Assembly: GCA_039714075.1 (NCBI GenBank)
Contig: JBDLKA010000034.1
Location: 1-32,241 of the forward strand
Length of the DNA stretch: 32,241 bases
Source: Candidatus Krumholzibacteriota bacterium
GTDB lineage: Bacteria > Krumholzibacteriota > Krumholzibacteriia > LZORAL124-64-63
Reading direction: 5' to 3'
Shown: positions 16,539-26,279 of the stretch, piece by piece
Layout: each line of letters begins with the position of its first letter
How positions within the stretch are numbered: position 1 is the first letter of the stretch
Made by a program: the position numbers and the translations under genes
The notes under the pieces: generated by a model
The model's database searches: none
What the model saw: only the letters and a program-made list of their open reading frames with translations
What the model was told of the DNA's origin: nothing

Positions 16539-18806
16539 ATGAGACATCGGGTATATCCAATCTTCGTTTTTTCTCTTCTGTTCTTCATCTGCACCACAAC
16601 GTTGGCCTGGGAAACTGAATTCGAAGAGGTTCTTCGGTTCGAGGGTCACCAGAAGGGCGAAAACCTGCGTGGCTGGGGCGGGGGGCCACGTGCGACGATT
16701 CACGTCGACACAACGGTGGTTCATGGAGGGGACTTCGCGGTTCGGCTGGAGCGCAACGCCCAAAGCGAAAACAGTTTCACCACGATAACCAAGACTATTC
16801 CCCTCGATTTCACCGGCAAGTGGATCGAACTGCGTGGCTTCCTTCGCACCGAAGGCGTCACCGGGTTTGCCGGCCTCTGGATGCGGGAAGACGGTCCGGG
16901 CGGCATGGTCCAGTTCGACAACATGCAGGGGAAAAACCTCAAGGGTACTACCGAATGGACGGAATACGCGATTCGGCTGAAACTGGACAGCAAAGCCACC
17001 GACCTTTTCTTCGGTGTCCTGGTTTCGGGCGAGGGCTCGGCCTGGGCGGACGATTTGGAACTGATCGTCGACGGCAAGCCCTTTCACCAGGCACCAAAAC
17101 GGGTCATTAAAAAAACCATTCTGGACACTGATCAAGAGTTTTCCGTCGGTTCCGGAATTTCGGTTTCACAGCTTACGGAAACACAAATTGAAAATGTGGC
17201 ACTGTTGGGTCAGGTGTGGGGATTTCTGAAGTACCACCATCCTCGGGTCGCAGCAGGCGAAATTCACTGGGACTTCGAGCTGTTCCGGGTGCTTCCCAAA
17301 GTCCTGGATGCCACCGATCGCCAGACCTGCAATTCTGTCCTGGGGGAATGGGTGGAAAAGATCGGTGTGCCCGACAGTTGCGACCCCTGTGCTCAGGCCC
17401 CCGAGAACGCACACCTGTCGTCTGACCTGGGCTGGATTAAGGACGCCGAATTACTTGGCACGGAGTTGTCGGGCCAGTTGCAAGGCATTTTCAAGAACCG
17501 GTTAGCGGGTGGCGAACAGTTTTATTTGTCCACCGCCCCCCGGGTCGGCAACCCCATCTTCGATCGGGAGCTCACCTACTACAATCGGGAGTTGCCCGAC
17601 TCCGGTTATCGTATTCTGGCGTTGTTGAGATTGTGGAACATCATCGAGTACTGGTTTCCGTACCGGGACCAGATAGACACGGATTGGGAAGCACTCCTCC
17701 CGGAGTTTATTCCGCTATTTGTTGCCGCGGATTCCTGGGACGCCTACCGGCTTGAACTTTTCGCATTTACCGCCCACATCCGGGATTCCCATGCCAATCT
17801 CTGGCCGGAAATCGGCCTCCGGCCCCCGAGAGGCAAATGCAACTGGCCCGTCGAGGTACGGTTCATCGAAGGAAAGGCCACCGTTGCCGCCTTTACAGAT
17901 TCGGTTCAGGGGCCGGGTTCAGGCCTGGAGATTGGGGATATCATCGAAAACATTGACGACCGGCCAATCAATTCTCTAGTCGAGGAATGGTCTCCTTATT
18001 ATTGCGCCTCGAACAAGGCGACCATGCTGAAGGATATCGCCCGGTTCATGTCTCGCGGCGAGTGCGGCGAATGCACGGTGGGAATCGACCGACGTGGGAA
18101 AAAGAAAGTCATCGCCGTAGACCGGGTTACGAGTCAACGAATGAATTGGGTCCCTCACGACAGGGAAGGGGAAACGTTTCAGCTTCTTTCCGACGAGGTG
18201 GCCTACATGAAATTGTCGAGCATTCGGATTGAAGACGTCGCGGGATATATCGAACAAGCCGCAGGCACTCGTGGCCTGGTAATCGATATCCGCAACTACC
18301 CGGGTGAATTCGTGGTCTTCGCCCTGGGTTCGCGACTGGTCAAGGAACCTACGGCGTTTACGCGCTTCACCAGGTGTGACCCTGTCAACCCGGGGGCCTT
18401 TATCTGGAGCGACCCCCTGTTGCTCCAACCGGAATCACCCGGGTATGGGGGAAAGGTGGCGATCCTGGTCAACGAGGTTTCGATGAGCCAGTCCGAATAC
18501 ACAGCGATGGCGCTTCGGGCAGGCCCCCAGGCCGTTGTTGTCGGAAGCACGACCGCGGGGGCGGACGGAAACGTGTCGCGGATTCCCCTGCCGAGTGGCC
18601 TGAAGGTGATGATGAGCGGCATCGGCGTCTTCTATCCCGACAAAACCCCGACCCAGCGGGTGGGCATCGTTCCGGATATTCTCGCAACCCCGACAATCGA
18701 GGGTGTCCGCGAAGGCCGGGACGAGGTTTTGGAAGCGGCGCTGCGGCATATCATCGGCGACGAAGCTGACGAAAACATGATCCGCGGAATGGCCGGGGGA
18801 TTTTGA
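16539..18806 (+). CDS. Secreted S41-family peptidase with N-terminal jelly-roll-like domain
   Basis: Signal peptide; VWGFLKYHHP, YWFPYR, IDIRNYP, SMSQSEYTAM, TAGADGNV, TQRVGIVPD. Confidence 0.88.
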   Translation: MRHRVYPIFVFSLLFFICTTTLAWETEFEEVLRFEGHQKGENLRGWGGGPRATIHVDTTVVHGGDFAVRLERNAQSENSFTTITKTIPLDFTGKWIELRGFLRTEGVTGFAGLWMREDGPGGMVQFDNMQGKNLKGTTEWTEYAIRLKLDSKATDLFFGVLVSGEGSAWADDLELIVDGKPFHQAPKRVIKKTILDTDQEFSVGSGISVSQLTETQIENVALLGQVWGFLKYHHPRVAAGEIHWDFELFRVLPKVLDATDRQTCNSVLGEWVEKIGVPDSCDPCAQAPENAHLSSDLGWIKDAELLGTELSGQLQGIFKNRLAGGEQFYLSTAPRVGNPIFDRELTYYNRELPDSGYRILALLRLWNIIEYWFPYRDQIDTDWEALLPEFIPLFVAADSWDAYRLELFAFTAHIRDSHANLWPEIGLRPPRGKCNWPVEVRFIEGKATVAAFTDSVQGPGSGLEIGDIIENIDDRPINSLVEEWSPYYCASNKATMLKDIARFMSRGECGECTVGIDRRGKKKVIAVDRVTSQRMNWVPHDREGETFQLLSDEVAYMKLSSIRIEDVAGYIEQAAGTRGLVIDIRNYPGEFVVFALGSRLVKEPTAFTRFTRCDPVNPGAFIWSDPLLLQPESPGYGGKVAILVNEVSMSQSEYTAMALRAGPQAVVVGSTTAGADGNVSRIPLPSGLKVMMSGIGVFYPDKTPTQRVGIVPDILATPTIEGVREGRDEVLEAALRHIIGDEADENMIRGMAGGF

Positions 18807-19465
18807 TCTGGCTCAATTACCAATCGGGGTTGCTGCGGCTGTTTCTGGTAAACCTGTTCCGCGCGGTGGTGGTGTTTTTTTCAGTTTATGTCCTCTTGGC
18901 CTTTATGGGATCAGATGATGATTTGCAGCAAATATCGTGGTCGGTTGCGGGAATGTTTGTCCTGGTCGTCCTGGATTCCGTTTTGCCGTGGTCCCTTTTG
19001 GTGGCGACTCTATTCACCGTGGGGCCGAGAGCGCATTTCAAGGAATTATCGGCATTGAACTCCGTGGGGTTTTCGATGCTCCAGATAATGTGGCCCATGT
19101 TGGGCGTGGGGGTTCTGGCAACGGTTTCTTCCGCAGTGCTGCGACTGTCGGGTGTCTTGCCCGGTGGCCCGCCCCTGCTGTCAACAGCAGCGGAACAAAC
19201 CGCCTTTCACGCCAAGATGGCCTACCCGCTGGTCAACCTGTTTGCGGTCGTCGCGGGGGTCATCCTGGCGTCTTCGCCCATCCGGAAATCGATTTACGGA
19301 GGATTCCTGCGGGCCCTGTTGTTTGTTTTTGCGTTCAACGTGGTTGCGGGCGTGGCCCAGGCGCTGGGACGGCAAGGAGTGTGGCATCCGGTATTGGCCG
19401 GATGGTTGGGAAGCATAACTGCTGCCGCGTTGTTGCTTGCCTTATGGTACAGGGCGCGATTGTAG
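18803..19465 (+). CDS. Shortened LptF/LptG-like membrane protein
   Basis: LPWSLLVATLFTV..ELSALNSVGFS, FHAKMAYP, LGRQGVWHPVLAGW resemble YjgP/YjgQ motifs; TTGA overlap with the S41 gene. Confidence 0.65.
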   Translation: MIWLNYQSGLLRLFLVNLFRAVVVFFSVYVLLAFMGSDDDLQQISWSVAGMFVLVVLDSVLPWSLLVATLFTVGPRAHFKELSALNSVGFSMLQIMWPMLGVGVLATVSSAVLRLSGVLPGGPPLLSTAAEQTAFHAKMAYPLVNLFAVVAGVILASSPIRKSIYGGFLRALLFVFAFNVVAGVAQALGRQGVWHPVLAGWLGSITAAALLLALWYRARL

Positions 19466-19486
19466 TCGAGAATACCAACGTTCCTG

Positions 19487-21025
19487 CTATTCCCCCGCAC
19501 CCTCCACCAACGATTTCCCCAGCTCGAAATCATACAACGTCTGCCGCCGCAGGTCGGCCCCCGACAGGCGGTAGCTCACGAAGGCCGCCAGATAACTGCG
19601 CCGGGCCTGCACCAGGCGGTCCCGGTTGTCGGCCAGCGCCTGGCTGGTGATGTCGCCCGCTTCGAACCGCTGCCGGCTGATGCCGTAGCTGCGCAGGGCG
19701 ATGTCCAGCGAGCGGCCCAGCACATCCAGCCGGCGCTTGGCGCCTTCGAACTCGGCCAACGTGGCCTGCACCTGGCGGGCGATGTCCCGGTGCAGGTCTT
19801 CTTCATCGAGCAACCGACGCCGAACGGCGACTTCGGCCGAGGCCACTTCCTGCTTGTTCACACCCGAATCCCACAAGGGGACACTGAGGCTGAAACGCAC
19901 GCCGCGGTTGCCGGGCCGCCGCTTCAGGTCTTCCCAACTCGACTCGACCAGGTCGCCCATGCCCGTGTCTTCAAGAAGCGGATCACTGATGCCCGTCAGG
20001 TTGTAGAACGCGCTCAGCTCGCCCTTCAGGTGGCTGCGGGCGTTGGTTTCGGTCACCGTGATTTCCGAGCTCCGGATCCGGTCCTGGATGTCGTTGATTT
20101 CCGTGCGATGGGCCAGGGCGTGGGACAGGGCCAGACCGTGGTCCACCTCGAAGATCCCGGGGGTGAGATTGGCCTCGGCGCGGATCGGCTGCACCATGGG
20201 CAGTCCCACCAGCAGGCGGAAGCGGTCGGCGGACAGGATCAGGTCCGATTCGCGACCCAGAAGGTCGTTGCTGGCGCCGGCCAGATCGACCTCCATCTGC
20301 AGGGCTTCCACCTCGGGGATGAGCCCGGCATTGTACTTGCGCTTGGCCAGATCGAAGTTCTGTTGCTGGCGCTCCAGGGCGTCGCGGGCGATGGCCAATT
20401 CCTCCTGGGCCTCCACCAACATGTAGAAGGCCGCGGTCACCTGGAAGGAGAGGTCGAGTTGTCCCCTCTGATAGGCGCGCCGGGCCAACCGGTGGCCGAT
20501 TTCCGCCTTTTCCAGACCCAGCTTCAATTCGTTGGGTGTGAACAACGGTTGGCGAAGGCTGACCTCGTAGCTGTTGAAAAACGTACGCTGTTCCTGGGTC
20601 TGCTCCGAAGCCTGATCGTAATACGAATCATCCTGCTGGTAGAGATGCCCGGAAAGGCTGACCTCTCCATCGGTGGGCAGCGGCTGGCTGAGCTGGAGGA
20701 TGGCGCTCACCTCGCGGCTGCCGTAGCTGTCGTATCGCGGCAGATCGCCGGGCACCTGCACCCGCTGCACGCCTTCCTCCAGTTCGGGCAGGGAAAACCG
20801 GGCGTCGGCGCGGGCTCCGAACCGCCCCTTGGCCGCGGCCACATCGTGTTCGGCTCCCGCCAGACTCAGGTCCAGCACCTGGGCCGAATGACTTTCGTCC
20901 AGGGCCAGGAGAATGGCCTGGGAAAGGTCGAGCGTCAGGGTGTCGCCGGACGCGGACGCGGACGCGGCCAGCAGCGGAATCAACAGGGTCGTGCTTGCAA
21001 TAATCATCATTCGTACCTGAGACAT
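19487..21025 (-). CDS. TolC-family outer-membrane efflux protein
   Basis: Signal peptide; LSQAILLAL, LRQPLF, YNAGLI, LSVPLWD, RFEAGDIT repeats. Confidence 0.9.
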   Translation of the reverse strand: MSQVRMMIIASTTLLIPLLAASASASGDTLTLDLSQAILLALDESHSAQVLDLSLAGAEHDVAAAKGRFGARADARFSLPELEEGVQRVQVPGDLPRYDSYGSREVSAILQLSQPLPTDGEVSLSGHLYQQDDSYYDQASEQTQEQRTFFNSYEVSLRQPLFTPNELKLGLEKAEIGHRLARRAYQRGQLDLSFQVTAAFYMLVEAQEELAIARDALERQQQNFDLAKRKYNAGLIPEVEALQMEVDLAGASNDLLGRESDLILSADRFRLLVGLPMVQPIRAEANLTPGIFEVDHGLALSHALAHRTEINDIQDRIRSSEITVTETNARSHLKGELSAFYNLTGISDPLLEDTGMGDLVESSWEDLKRRPGNRGVRFSLSVPLWDSGVNKQEVASAEVAVRRRLLDEEDLHRDIARQVQATLAEFEGAKRRLDVLGRSLDIALRSYGISRQRFEAGDITSQALADNRDRLVQARRSYLAAFVSYRLSGADLRRQTLYDFELGKSLVEGAGE

Positions 21026-22230
21026 TCGATGGGGTTCAAGGAAGCCGCCCGGCGGGCCGGGACATACCCGAAGGTGATGCCCACGGCAGCCGATACGCCG
21101 AACGCGAGGATGATCGAAAAGGGAGAAACAACCGTGACCCAGCCGGCGGCCGCGCTGATGACCCAGGCCAGGCTCACACCCAGCACGATGCCCATCAGCC
21201 CGCCGATGATGCTGACCGCCGCGGCCTCCACCAGGAACTGCCGCATGATGTTGCTGCGGGTGGCGCCCATGGCCAGCCGGATGCCGATTTCACGGGTTCT
21301 TTCCAGCACGCTGGCCAGCATGATGTTCATGATGCCGATGCCGCCGACGAGCAGCGAGATGCCGGCGATCGCCCCCATGATCAGCGAAAAGATCCGCTGG
21401 GTGGCCTGGCGCTGCCGGATAAGCTCCAACGGGACGACAACCTGATAGTCGGGTGCATCCTGATGCCGACGTTTGAGCAGCCGGCCGGCCAGTTCGGCGA
21501 CCGGTTCCAGCATGGCGATGTCCGGCACCTGGATGATCATGCGGTCCAGCTCCCGTTCCCACCGCTTGCGATCGGTGCGGACCAGGGCGCAGCTCAGGGG
21601 GATGCAGATGTCGCGGTTGGTGGCACGCACCAGTCCGTCCTGATCGTCATCACCGGCACCGCCGCCGGCGAACACTCCGATGATCTCATACCATACGCCG
21701 GAAATTTTCACGAAGCTGCCGATCGGTTCGTCCAGCCCGCACAACTCCCGCGTCAATCCCGACCCGATGACCGCCACGCGCACGGCTTCCTGGTTTTCGA
21801 AAGCCGTGAAAAACCGGCCGGACAACAGGCGTTCGCGCCTGACCAGGGGCAGGTCGGGGGTCGTTCCCACCACTGAAATGCGAAGCTGCTGTTTGCCCTG
21901 CACGGTTTGTTCGGACACGGCCATGGGTACGACCGCGGTAATGGCAGGGGTGAGCTTCCGCAAGGCCGCGGCATCACCGAGCGACAATCCCCGGCTATTG
22001 GGGGGCGAGTCTTCCGTGCCCGGGGAATCAGGCAGGTCCTGGTGCATGACCACGATGTTGTCGATGCCCAGGGATTCGAACTGGGAAAGGGCTTCGCTCT
22101 TGGCGCCTTCGCTGATCGAAAGCATGGAAATGACAGCGGCCACGCCGAAGACCACGCCCAGGGTGGTCAGGAATGTGCGCACCCGATGGTCCTTCAAGCC
22201 GGAAACGGCAAGTTGGACTTCCTGGATCAT
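21007..22230 (-). CDS. MacB/FtsX-type ABC permease (no fused NBD)
   Basis: RTFLTTLGVVFGVAAV, GGIGIMNIMLASVLERTREIGIRLAMGA, FGYVPARRAASLNPI. Confidence 0.92.
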   Translation of the reverse strand: MIQEVQLAVSGLKDHRVRTFLTTLGVVFGVAAVISMLSISEGAKSEALSQFESLGIDNIVVMHQDLPDSPGTEDSPPNSRGLSLGDAAALRKLTPAITAVVPMAVSEQTVQGKQQLRISVVGTTPDLPLVRRERLLSGRFFTAFENQEAVRVAVIGSGLTRELCGLDEPIGSFVKISGVWYEIIGVFAGGGAGDDDQDGLVRATNRDICIPLSCALVRTDRKRWERELDRMIIQVPDIAMLEPVAELAGRLLKRRHQDAPDYQVVVPLELIRQRQATQRIFSLIMGAIAGISLLVGGIGIMNIMLASVLERTREIGIRLAMGATRSNIMRQFLVEAAAVSIIGGLMGIVLGVSLAWVISAAAGWVTVVSPFSIILAFGVSAAVGITFGYVPARRAASLNPIECLRYE

Positions 22231-23477
22231 GAGCCGGCGCCGTTCTCGTCGCCGGGACGGACCAGCAGCAGCACATCGCCGGCATCCACCCCGGTTTCGA
22301 TGATCACGTCGTCCTCGCCCACGGGACCCAACTGCACCGACTGCGATTTTCCGCCCTGGCGATACACGACGGGACCGTCCTCTTCCTGGAAAACGGCCTC
22401 CAGCGGCACGTGGGTAACGTCGTCAAATTCCTGATGGATGATCCGGCACTGGGCGGTCATGCCGGGCAGCAGCGAGGTCACATCCCCCTCGAGCAGGATG
22501 TCCACGTCGAACACCTTGATCTTGTCCTTGTCCTCATCGCCTTCCTGGCGGGCCAGGGGCGAGATGCGGGTGACCTTGCCCGTGAGCGTGCGGTCCTGGA
22601 GGGCGTCGATGGTCACTTCAGTGGGCTGGTCCAGGGCCAGGCGATGGATGTCCACCTCGTTCACCCAGGTGTTGACCAGGAAGGAGGAAAGATCCGGCAG
22701 TTCCATGATGCTCAGGCCGTTCCACACCCGGTCCCCGACCCGGATTTTCCGGCTGCCGGACTGGGTCCAGATCTTCTTGTGCACCACCATTCCCGAATCC
22801 GGGGCCAACACGGTCATTTTCAGGAGGTTTTCCTGGGACTCTTCCAGGTCCAGCCGTTCCTTGCGTGCCTTGACTTCCTTTTCAGTGAGCATGGCGGCCG
22901 CGATGTCTTTCTGGGCCGCCAGGTCTTCGCGTGCTTCCTGCAGGTCCAGTTCCGAGCGGCGCAGATCCAGTTCCTGCTGCCGCTGTCGCGATTTGCTTTC
23001 GAACTTCATGGCCTCGGCCTGCAGCTTGGCTTTTTCCAACGACAGTTCCTGCCGCTGCAGGGCGGCCTTCTTTTCGGCCAGGGTCTTGATGTTCGTCACG
23101 CGCTGGTTTTCGAGCTCGGCCATGGCGCCTTCGTAGGCGGCCTGACGTTCTTCGACCCTTTTTTCGAGTTGGTCGGTGTCGAAACGCGCCAATTCGTCGC
23201 CGGGTGAAACAATGGTGCCTTCGTCGATCAGGCTGGTGACATTGTTGTTCCACCCCGGAGGCGCAGGGATATGCTTGCTGTTTACGGCGGCCAGTTCGCC
23301 GACGGTTGTTGTCGTCACGACAAAGTGTCCCTGTTCGGCGGTGGCAACCGGAAGCGATGGCGAAGCGCCGCCGCCGGTCAACCAGATGAGCAGCATGGCC
23401 ACCGCCACAGCGCCGGCCGTTCCCAGAATAAGGCGGTTGCGTGGGAAACCTGAATTGGCGCCGTCGCCCTTGTTCAC
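22227..23477 (-). CDS. MacA/HlyD-family periplasmic adaptor
   Basis: N-terminal TM; EGTIVSPGDELARFD, coiled coil, APDSGMV, VNEVDI, LLPGMTA. Confidence 0.9.
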   Translation of the reverse strand: MNKGDGANSGFPRNRLILGTAGAVAVAMLLIWLTGGGASPSLPVATAEQGHFVVTTTTVGELAAVNSKHIPAPPGWNNNVTSLIDEGTIVSPGDELARFDTDQLEKRVEERQAAYEGAMAELENQRVTNIKTLAEKKAALQRQELSLEKAKLQAEAMKFESKSRQRQQELDLRRSELDLQEAREDLAAQKDIAAAMLTEKEVKARKERLDLEESQENLLKMTVLAPDSGMVVHKKIWTQSGSRKIRVGDRVWNGLSIMELPDLSSFLVNTWVNEVDIHRLALDQPTEVTIDALQDRTLTGKVTRISPLARQEGDEDKDKIKVFDVDILLEGDVTSLLPGMTAQCRIIHQEFDDVTHVPLEAVFQEEDGPVVYRQGGKSQSVQLGPVGEDDVIIETGVDAGDVLLLVRPGDENGAGS

Positions 23478-24472
23478 GGGGAACCTCCCAGTTCGATGAT
23501 CACACGGGCGGACATGCCCGATTTCAGGCGGGGATCGTCGTCGTCAATAGTGGCGGTCGCTTCGAAACGGCGCGCGACGCTGCCCTCCACCGCGGCCAGG
23601 GGCAATCGTCCGACATTATCCACTACCCCGGTGAAGGTCGCATCGGTGTAGGCGTCGAGAATGATCTGAACCTTCTGTCCGCGCCGCATGCGCCAACGGT
23701 CTTTCTCGTGCACGGTGAAGGTCACCTTCATGCCCGAAGTGTCGGAAATTTCCAGAACCGGGGCCTGCCGGGAAACCTCGTCTCCGGCCCGGTAGACCTT
23801 GACGCCTTCTTCGGTATATTCGCGATGGTAGACGACCATGCCGGCGGTCGGCGAGGTGACGAACAATTGGTCGAGATAGGTTTGCAGGCGGCGTACGCGG
23901 GCTTCCTGTTTGGTCGCCTTGAGGGTGGCCTGGGCGATTTCCAGGCTGTCGAGGGTGGCCTGCGCCAGGCTGCCGCGCCGGGCCTGCAGCAGGTCGATTT
24001 CCGCCTGCTTGCCCGCAAGCTCCGCTTTCGCGAGCACGGTCCGGGATTCGTACTGCTTGTTTTTCAAATCCAGCTGGGCCATCTCGCTGGCCAGCTGGGC
24101 CTTGTCGATACTGTTGCGGGTGCGAGTCTGGTTGGCCGCCCCTTGAGCTCGGGAACTGGCGACCGCCAGACGCATGACGTCGAGTTCATCGGAGTTTTGC
24201 TGGATGTATTTATCGAAATCGGAAGTGTCGAAGCGGATGAGGGTGTCGCCGTGGACAACCCGGGTGCCTTCGGGGATGAGCCAGTTGATCCTCTGACCGC
24301 CACCCCAGCCGGGGCCGTTCATGGTGACGGTGTTTGCCGCCGCGATCGTGCCGGCCTCGTTGAGATGGGTGACGGGGGTGGTGGCGTCGGGGTGGCGGAT
24401 GGAGTCGGGTTCCTTGCAACCGGGAGTGAGCAGCAGGCAGATAATCACGGTCTGCAGGGTTTTTGGCGACAT
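23474..24472 (-). CDS. Second HlyD-family periplasmic adaptor (probable lipoprotein)
   Basis: LLTPGC lipobox-like; EGTRVVHGDTLIRFD, SPTAGMV, LKSGMSA. Confidence 0.85.
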   Translation of the reverse strand: MSPKTLQTVIICLLLTPGCKEPDSIRHPDATTPVTHLNEAGTIAAANTVTMNGPGWGGGQRINWLIPEGTRVVHGDTLIRFDTSDFDKYIQQNSDELDVMRLAVASSRAQGAANQTRTRNSIDKAQLASEMAQLDLKNKQYESRTVLAKAELAGKQAEIDLLQARRGSLAQATLDSLEIAQATLKATKQEARVRRLQTYLDQLFVTSPTAGMVVYHREYTEEGVKVYRAGDEVSRQAPVLEISDTSGMKVTFTVHEKDRWRMRRGQKVQIILDAYTDATFTGVVDNVGRLPLAAVEGSVARRFEATATIDDDDPRLKSGMSARVIIELGGSP

Positions 24473-24799
24473 CGTGATCCTGGTTGGAATCGTACAGGAA
24501 TCGATTGGTCCTTATGGGTGCGAGGAATTCAGGTGGCTATCGATACCCCGCGAAGGGTTGTGGAGTTCCATTAGGTGGTGCAAATTCTATTGTATTGGAA
24601 ATCAAGCCACATAGGATACACGCCCGCACCGGTGAAGAACGCATTCTACAGTAATCGGATTTTTGTTGTCAACGGACTCGCCAGATCTTCGAAACCATGC
24701 ACCGGCCACGGCATGGACAGGTCATTTTAAACACACTATGATCACCCACCATTAGTTCAAGAAACCAGCTCCCAGCCAGGCCGGCTAGAAACGGGGCCC

Positions 24800-25432
24800 A
24801 TGCACGCCGACGCGAAATATCCCGATGAGGCAGCTTTCTACGCGGCGGCGATCGCGGCGTACGTTGCGGGAGATTCCATCGCGGGTGACGAACTCAGTAC
24901 CGCCCTGGCCGGCCCCCTGCGCCTGGAGGTGCGGATTTTCTTGGGCGACGACAATGCGGACGTGGACGATGTCGTCCAGGATTCCATCATGGCCGTCCTG
25001 CATTACCTGCGGAAGAACGAAGGCTTCACCGGAAACCTGGTCAAGTTCGCCGTCACCGTGGCGCGGAACCGTTGCCGCAATCTGCTGAATTGGCGTCAAC
25101 GATTACCTCATGTGCAGGTCGACCCCATGTTGACGTGGCTCGAGAATTCGGACCGCAGTCCCCTGGACGCGTTGCTCGATCGGGAAATCACCGAAATCCT
25201 GCAAGAAGCCCTCGATCGGCTGTCCGAGGATTGCCAGGTCATTCTGCGTGCTTTCTATCTTGAAGATGTGCCCGTAGAGGAAATCAGGCGCCGTACCGGC
25301 CTGAAGACCGTTCAGGGGATCTACTACCGCAAGATGATCTGCCTGGAACAGGCATTTTGTCGCTTGAAAAACCGGCTGAATATTTGTTCGTCCGGAGGGA
25401 ACAGGGGGAGCATGAACGATGACAGCATTTAA
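24800..25432 (+). CDS. ECF-type RNA polymerase sigma factor
   Basis: DDVVQD, VARNRCRN (region 2); ALDRLSEDCQVIL..YLED..VEEI (region 4). Confidence 0.85.
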   Translation: MHADAKYPDEAAFYAAAIAAYVAGDSIAGDELSTALAGPLRLEVRIFLGDDNADVDDVVQDSIMAVLHYLRKNEGFTGNLVKFAVTVARNRCRNLLNWRQRLPHVQVDPMLTWLENSDRSPLDALLDREITEILQEALDRLSEDCQVILRAFYLEDVPVEEIRRRTGLKTVQGIYYRKMICLEQAFCRLKNRLNICSSGGNRGSMNDDSI

Positions 25433-25441
25433 GGATCCATC

Positions 25442-26188
25442 ATGGATGAGTTGAACGTGGATCGGAACGATTTCGAATGTGTGGAGCCCGCCCTCGGCGA
25501 CGAAATGTGGCGCTTCGAAGCTCCCGACCTGGACGCCTCCCTGCGCCGCAGGCTCGAGAATCACTTGATGATCTGTGATGCGTGCCGTCTGCGTCAGGCC
25601 ATGGATCGGCGTGTCGCTTCAGGCCTGGAGGACGGCACCCTCGAACTGCAATCCGGTCGGGCCGTCCATCCCCGCCGGCTGGCGATCCATGCCTTGGGCT
25701 GGAGCGGTGGTCTGGCCGTGGCCGCCAGCCTGGTCCTGATGCTGCTGGTACCGCCGCAGGCGAGGAATGGCGGCAGGCTTGTCCGCTCCGCAGACGATAC
25801 ACGATTCTTGCGTCCCGTGGAGGGAGAGGTGATCAACGGGGGCCAACCCCGCCTGTCCTGGGAGCCCGTCCCCGGAGCAACAAACTACCGCCTTACCGTC
25901 AGCGAGGTCGGCGGAGACCATGAGTGGCACGGTGAGACCACCGCCCTCAGTCTTGTCGTTCCCGCAGCCGCGGAACTGCCTCCTTCGCGATCCTTCCGCG
26001 CCTCCCTGGAGCCCGTACCCGCCGACCTGGCCCAACCCGGCGGCGTCAGCGTCTCTTTCAGCACGGGCGATCTGTCCGAGTTCCTGGCCTATCGTCTTGC
26101 CGCATCCTCAACCATCCTCAGACTTCTCGGCCTGGCGGGCTTGTTCATGCTGGTCAACTTCATCGTGCTGCGCGTCACCCGCCGATAA
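25442..26188 (+). CDS. Zinc-finger (ZAS/zf-HC2) anti-sigma factor
   Basis: HLMICDAC (HxxxCxxC); TM LAVAASLVLMLLV; extracytoplasmic LSWEPVPGATNYRLTV domain; adjacent to the ECF gene. Confidence 0.8.
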   Translation: MDELNVDRNDFECVEPALGDEMWRFEAPDLDASLRRRLENHLMICDACRLRQAMDRRVASGLEDGTLELQSGRAVHPRRLAIHALGWSGGLAVAASLVLMLLVPPQARNGGRLVRSADDTRFLRPVEGEVINGGQPRLSWEPVPGATNYRLTVSEVGGDHEWHGETTALSLVVPAAAELPPSRSFRASLEPVPADLAQPGGVSVSFSTGDLSEFLAYRLAASSTILRLLGLAGLFMLVNFIVLRVTRR

Positions 26189-26213
26189 CGGATAACCATC
26201 CGGAACCAGGAAA

Positions 26214-26250
26214 GCCCGGCTGTCGATCCCTCGGGATTCGACAACCGGGC
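26214..26250 (-). terminator. Hairpin between convergent genes, probable terminator of the dockerin gene
   Basis: GCCCGGCTGTCGATCC-CTCG-GGATTCGACAACCGGGC imperfect inverted repeat with a short T-run on the minus strand. Confidence 0.55.
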
Positions 26251-26279
26251 CGATTGCCCTTGGCGGGCGGGGAAACCTC

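Noticed and set aside
15600..16540. Integron cassettes
   Set aside because: No attC structure or integrase seen
24473..24799. ncRNA or ECF promoter in the divergent gap
   Set aside because: Only weak GGAAC/CAAC-like words; no recognisable RNA structure
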